In this document: one piece after another, positions 63,442-64,000 of the stretch
Numbering within the stretch: position 1 is the first letter of the stretch
Layout: every line of letters starts with the position of its first letter
Source of the DNA: an uncultured Candidatus Saccharibacteria bacterium
Lineage (GTDB): Bacteria; Patescibacteriota; Minisyncoccia; Minisyncoccales; Staskawiczbacteraceae
DNA: 64,000 bases
Assembly: GCA_964479955.1 (NCBI GenBank)
Contig: CAYZNK010000001.1
Span: 219,824-283,823, forward strand
Direction: 5' to 3'
Program-made: the position numbers and the translations under genes
Notes under the pieces: generated by a model
Told to the model about the DNA's origin: nothing
What the model saw: only the letters and a program-made list of their open reading frames with translations
The model's database searches: none

Positions 63442-64000
63442 TTACCAAATCAATTAAAACTTTTTCTCTGCGTTTTTTTTCTTTCCACGGAACATTGTCT
63501 TCTAATTTTGCCGCTGCTGTGCCTTCTCGCGGGGAGTATTTGTTAATAAAGGCAACGCCATAGCCAATTTGCTTTATTGTTTTTACGGTATTGTTAAACT
63601 GCTTTTTTGTTTCGCCGGGAAATCCAACAATTATATCTGTTGAAAACCTTGTTTTTGGTAAAGCCTTTCTGATTTTTTTGACGAGCGCTTTATATTGTGC
63701 GACTGTATAGGGTCGATTCATTTTTTTAAGAATTTCGTCGTCTCCTGATTGTATGGGCAGATTCAAATCTGTTGAAAGCTTTTTGCATTTTTTCATTGTT
63801 TCTATAAGTTCATCTGAAAAATCTTTTGGATGGCTGGTTGTAAAGTTTAAAACAAAATCTCCTGGAAATTCGTCTATTTTTTTAAGCAATTTTGGAAAAT
63901 TAAAATTTTTATTTTTGTAGCTATTCACATTTTGGCCAAGCAGCCAGATTTCTTTTTTTCCTTGTTTGACTAAATTTTTTACTTCCGCGATTATTTTTTC
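63401..64000 (-). CDS. miaB: MiaB-type methylthiotransferase (radical SAM), 3' part only; 5' end outside the window; apparently lacks the C-terminal TRAM domain
   Basis: LPIQSGDDEILKKMNRPYT, TDIIVGFPGETKKQF, and INKYSPREGTAAA. The frame stays open to the window edge. The ORF ends about 12 aa after the KEKKRREKVL helix. Confidence 0.8.
   Translation of the reverse strand, partial: EKIIAEVKNLVKQGKKEIWLLGQNVNSYKNKNFNFPKLLKKIDEFPGDFVLNFTTSHPKDFSDELIETMKKCKKLSTDLNLPIQSGDDEILKKMNRPYTVAQYKALVKKIRKALPKTRFSTDIIVGFPGETKKQFNNTVKTIKQIGYGVAFINKYSPREGTAAAKLEDNVPWKEKKRREKVLIDLVNAKKKKSACPAGR

Noticed and set aside
1-64000. CRISPR array or cas genes
   Set aside because: No regularly spaced short direct repeats with unique spacers were seen. 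The only tandem repeats are the coding 123-bp units at 23.0-24.1 kb.

Overview
Gene-dense, visibly AT-rich bacterial chromosome segment, mostly coded on the plus strand. Its streamlined gene content resembles a CPR/Patescibacteria-type genome; that is inference from gene content and style only. Nothing here was computed or searched: all calls rest on reading the ORF translations and the DNA by eye.

Housekeeping backbone:
- murB (partial), hpf, secA, secD/secF, pgk, a recJ-like gene, rnhA, RNase P RNA (minus strand), murJ and lepA.
- arsM-like, rsgA, a GT4 glycosyltransferase, a CPA2 antiporter, an SPFH protein and a ZIP transporter.
- A monomeric mitochondrial-type PheRS, gyrB, ybaB and secE-nusG-rplK.
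- A dTMP cluster (dCMP deaminase, Nudix-like, tmk, thyX), an IMPase-family gene, gatB, miaA and miaB (partial).

Three accessory regions stand out.

1. Integrated element at tRNA-Asp, about 25.2 to 38.9 kb.
- It carries a large serine recombinase whose ORF ends inside the tRNA, plus a replication-initiator-like wHTH protein and small genes.
- Next comes about 9.3 kb of defence-type cargo bracketed by two homologous non-coding modules.
- The cargo includes a tightly packed seven-gene minus-strand operon: methyltransferase fragment, Eco57I/TaqI-like N6-adenine methyltransferase, zinc ribbon, Shedu/DUF4263-like nuclease, coiled-coil protein, 2-TM SppA/S49 peptidase and a PD-(D/E)xK-like protein.
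- Divergent from that operon are a LexA homologue, a DUF2188 protein, a 513-aa protein with an RNxxxH (HEPN-like) motif, and a Schlafen/AlbA_2-like protein.
- This block is my best candidate for an undescribed system.

2. A visibly GC-rich orphan PurH-like gene (39.2-40.8 kb), flanked by matching hairpins.

3. A visibly GC-rich B12-binding radical-SAM gene (55.65-57.36 kb). It lies next to a tyrosine-integrase remnant, and the insert breaks the usual rplK-rplA synteny.

Other notable items:
- A tRNA cluster containing a non-canonical initiator-like tRNA(CAT) and a LAGLIDADG-like ORF.
- A secreted peptidoglycan-binding protein with eight thrombospondin-like Cys/Trp repeats, encoded by near-identical 123-bp DNA repeats.
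- A six-gene membrane operon ending in a T4SS-coupling-protein-like ATPase.
- Dispersed hairpin families.
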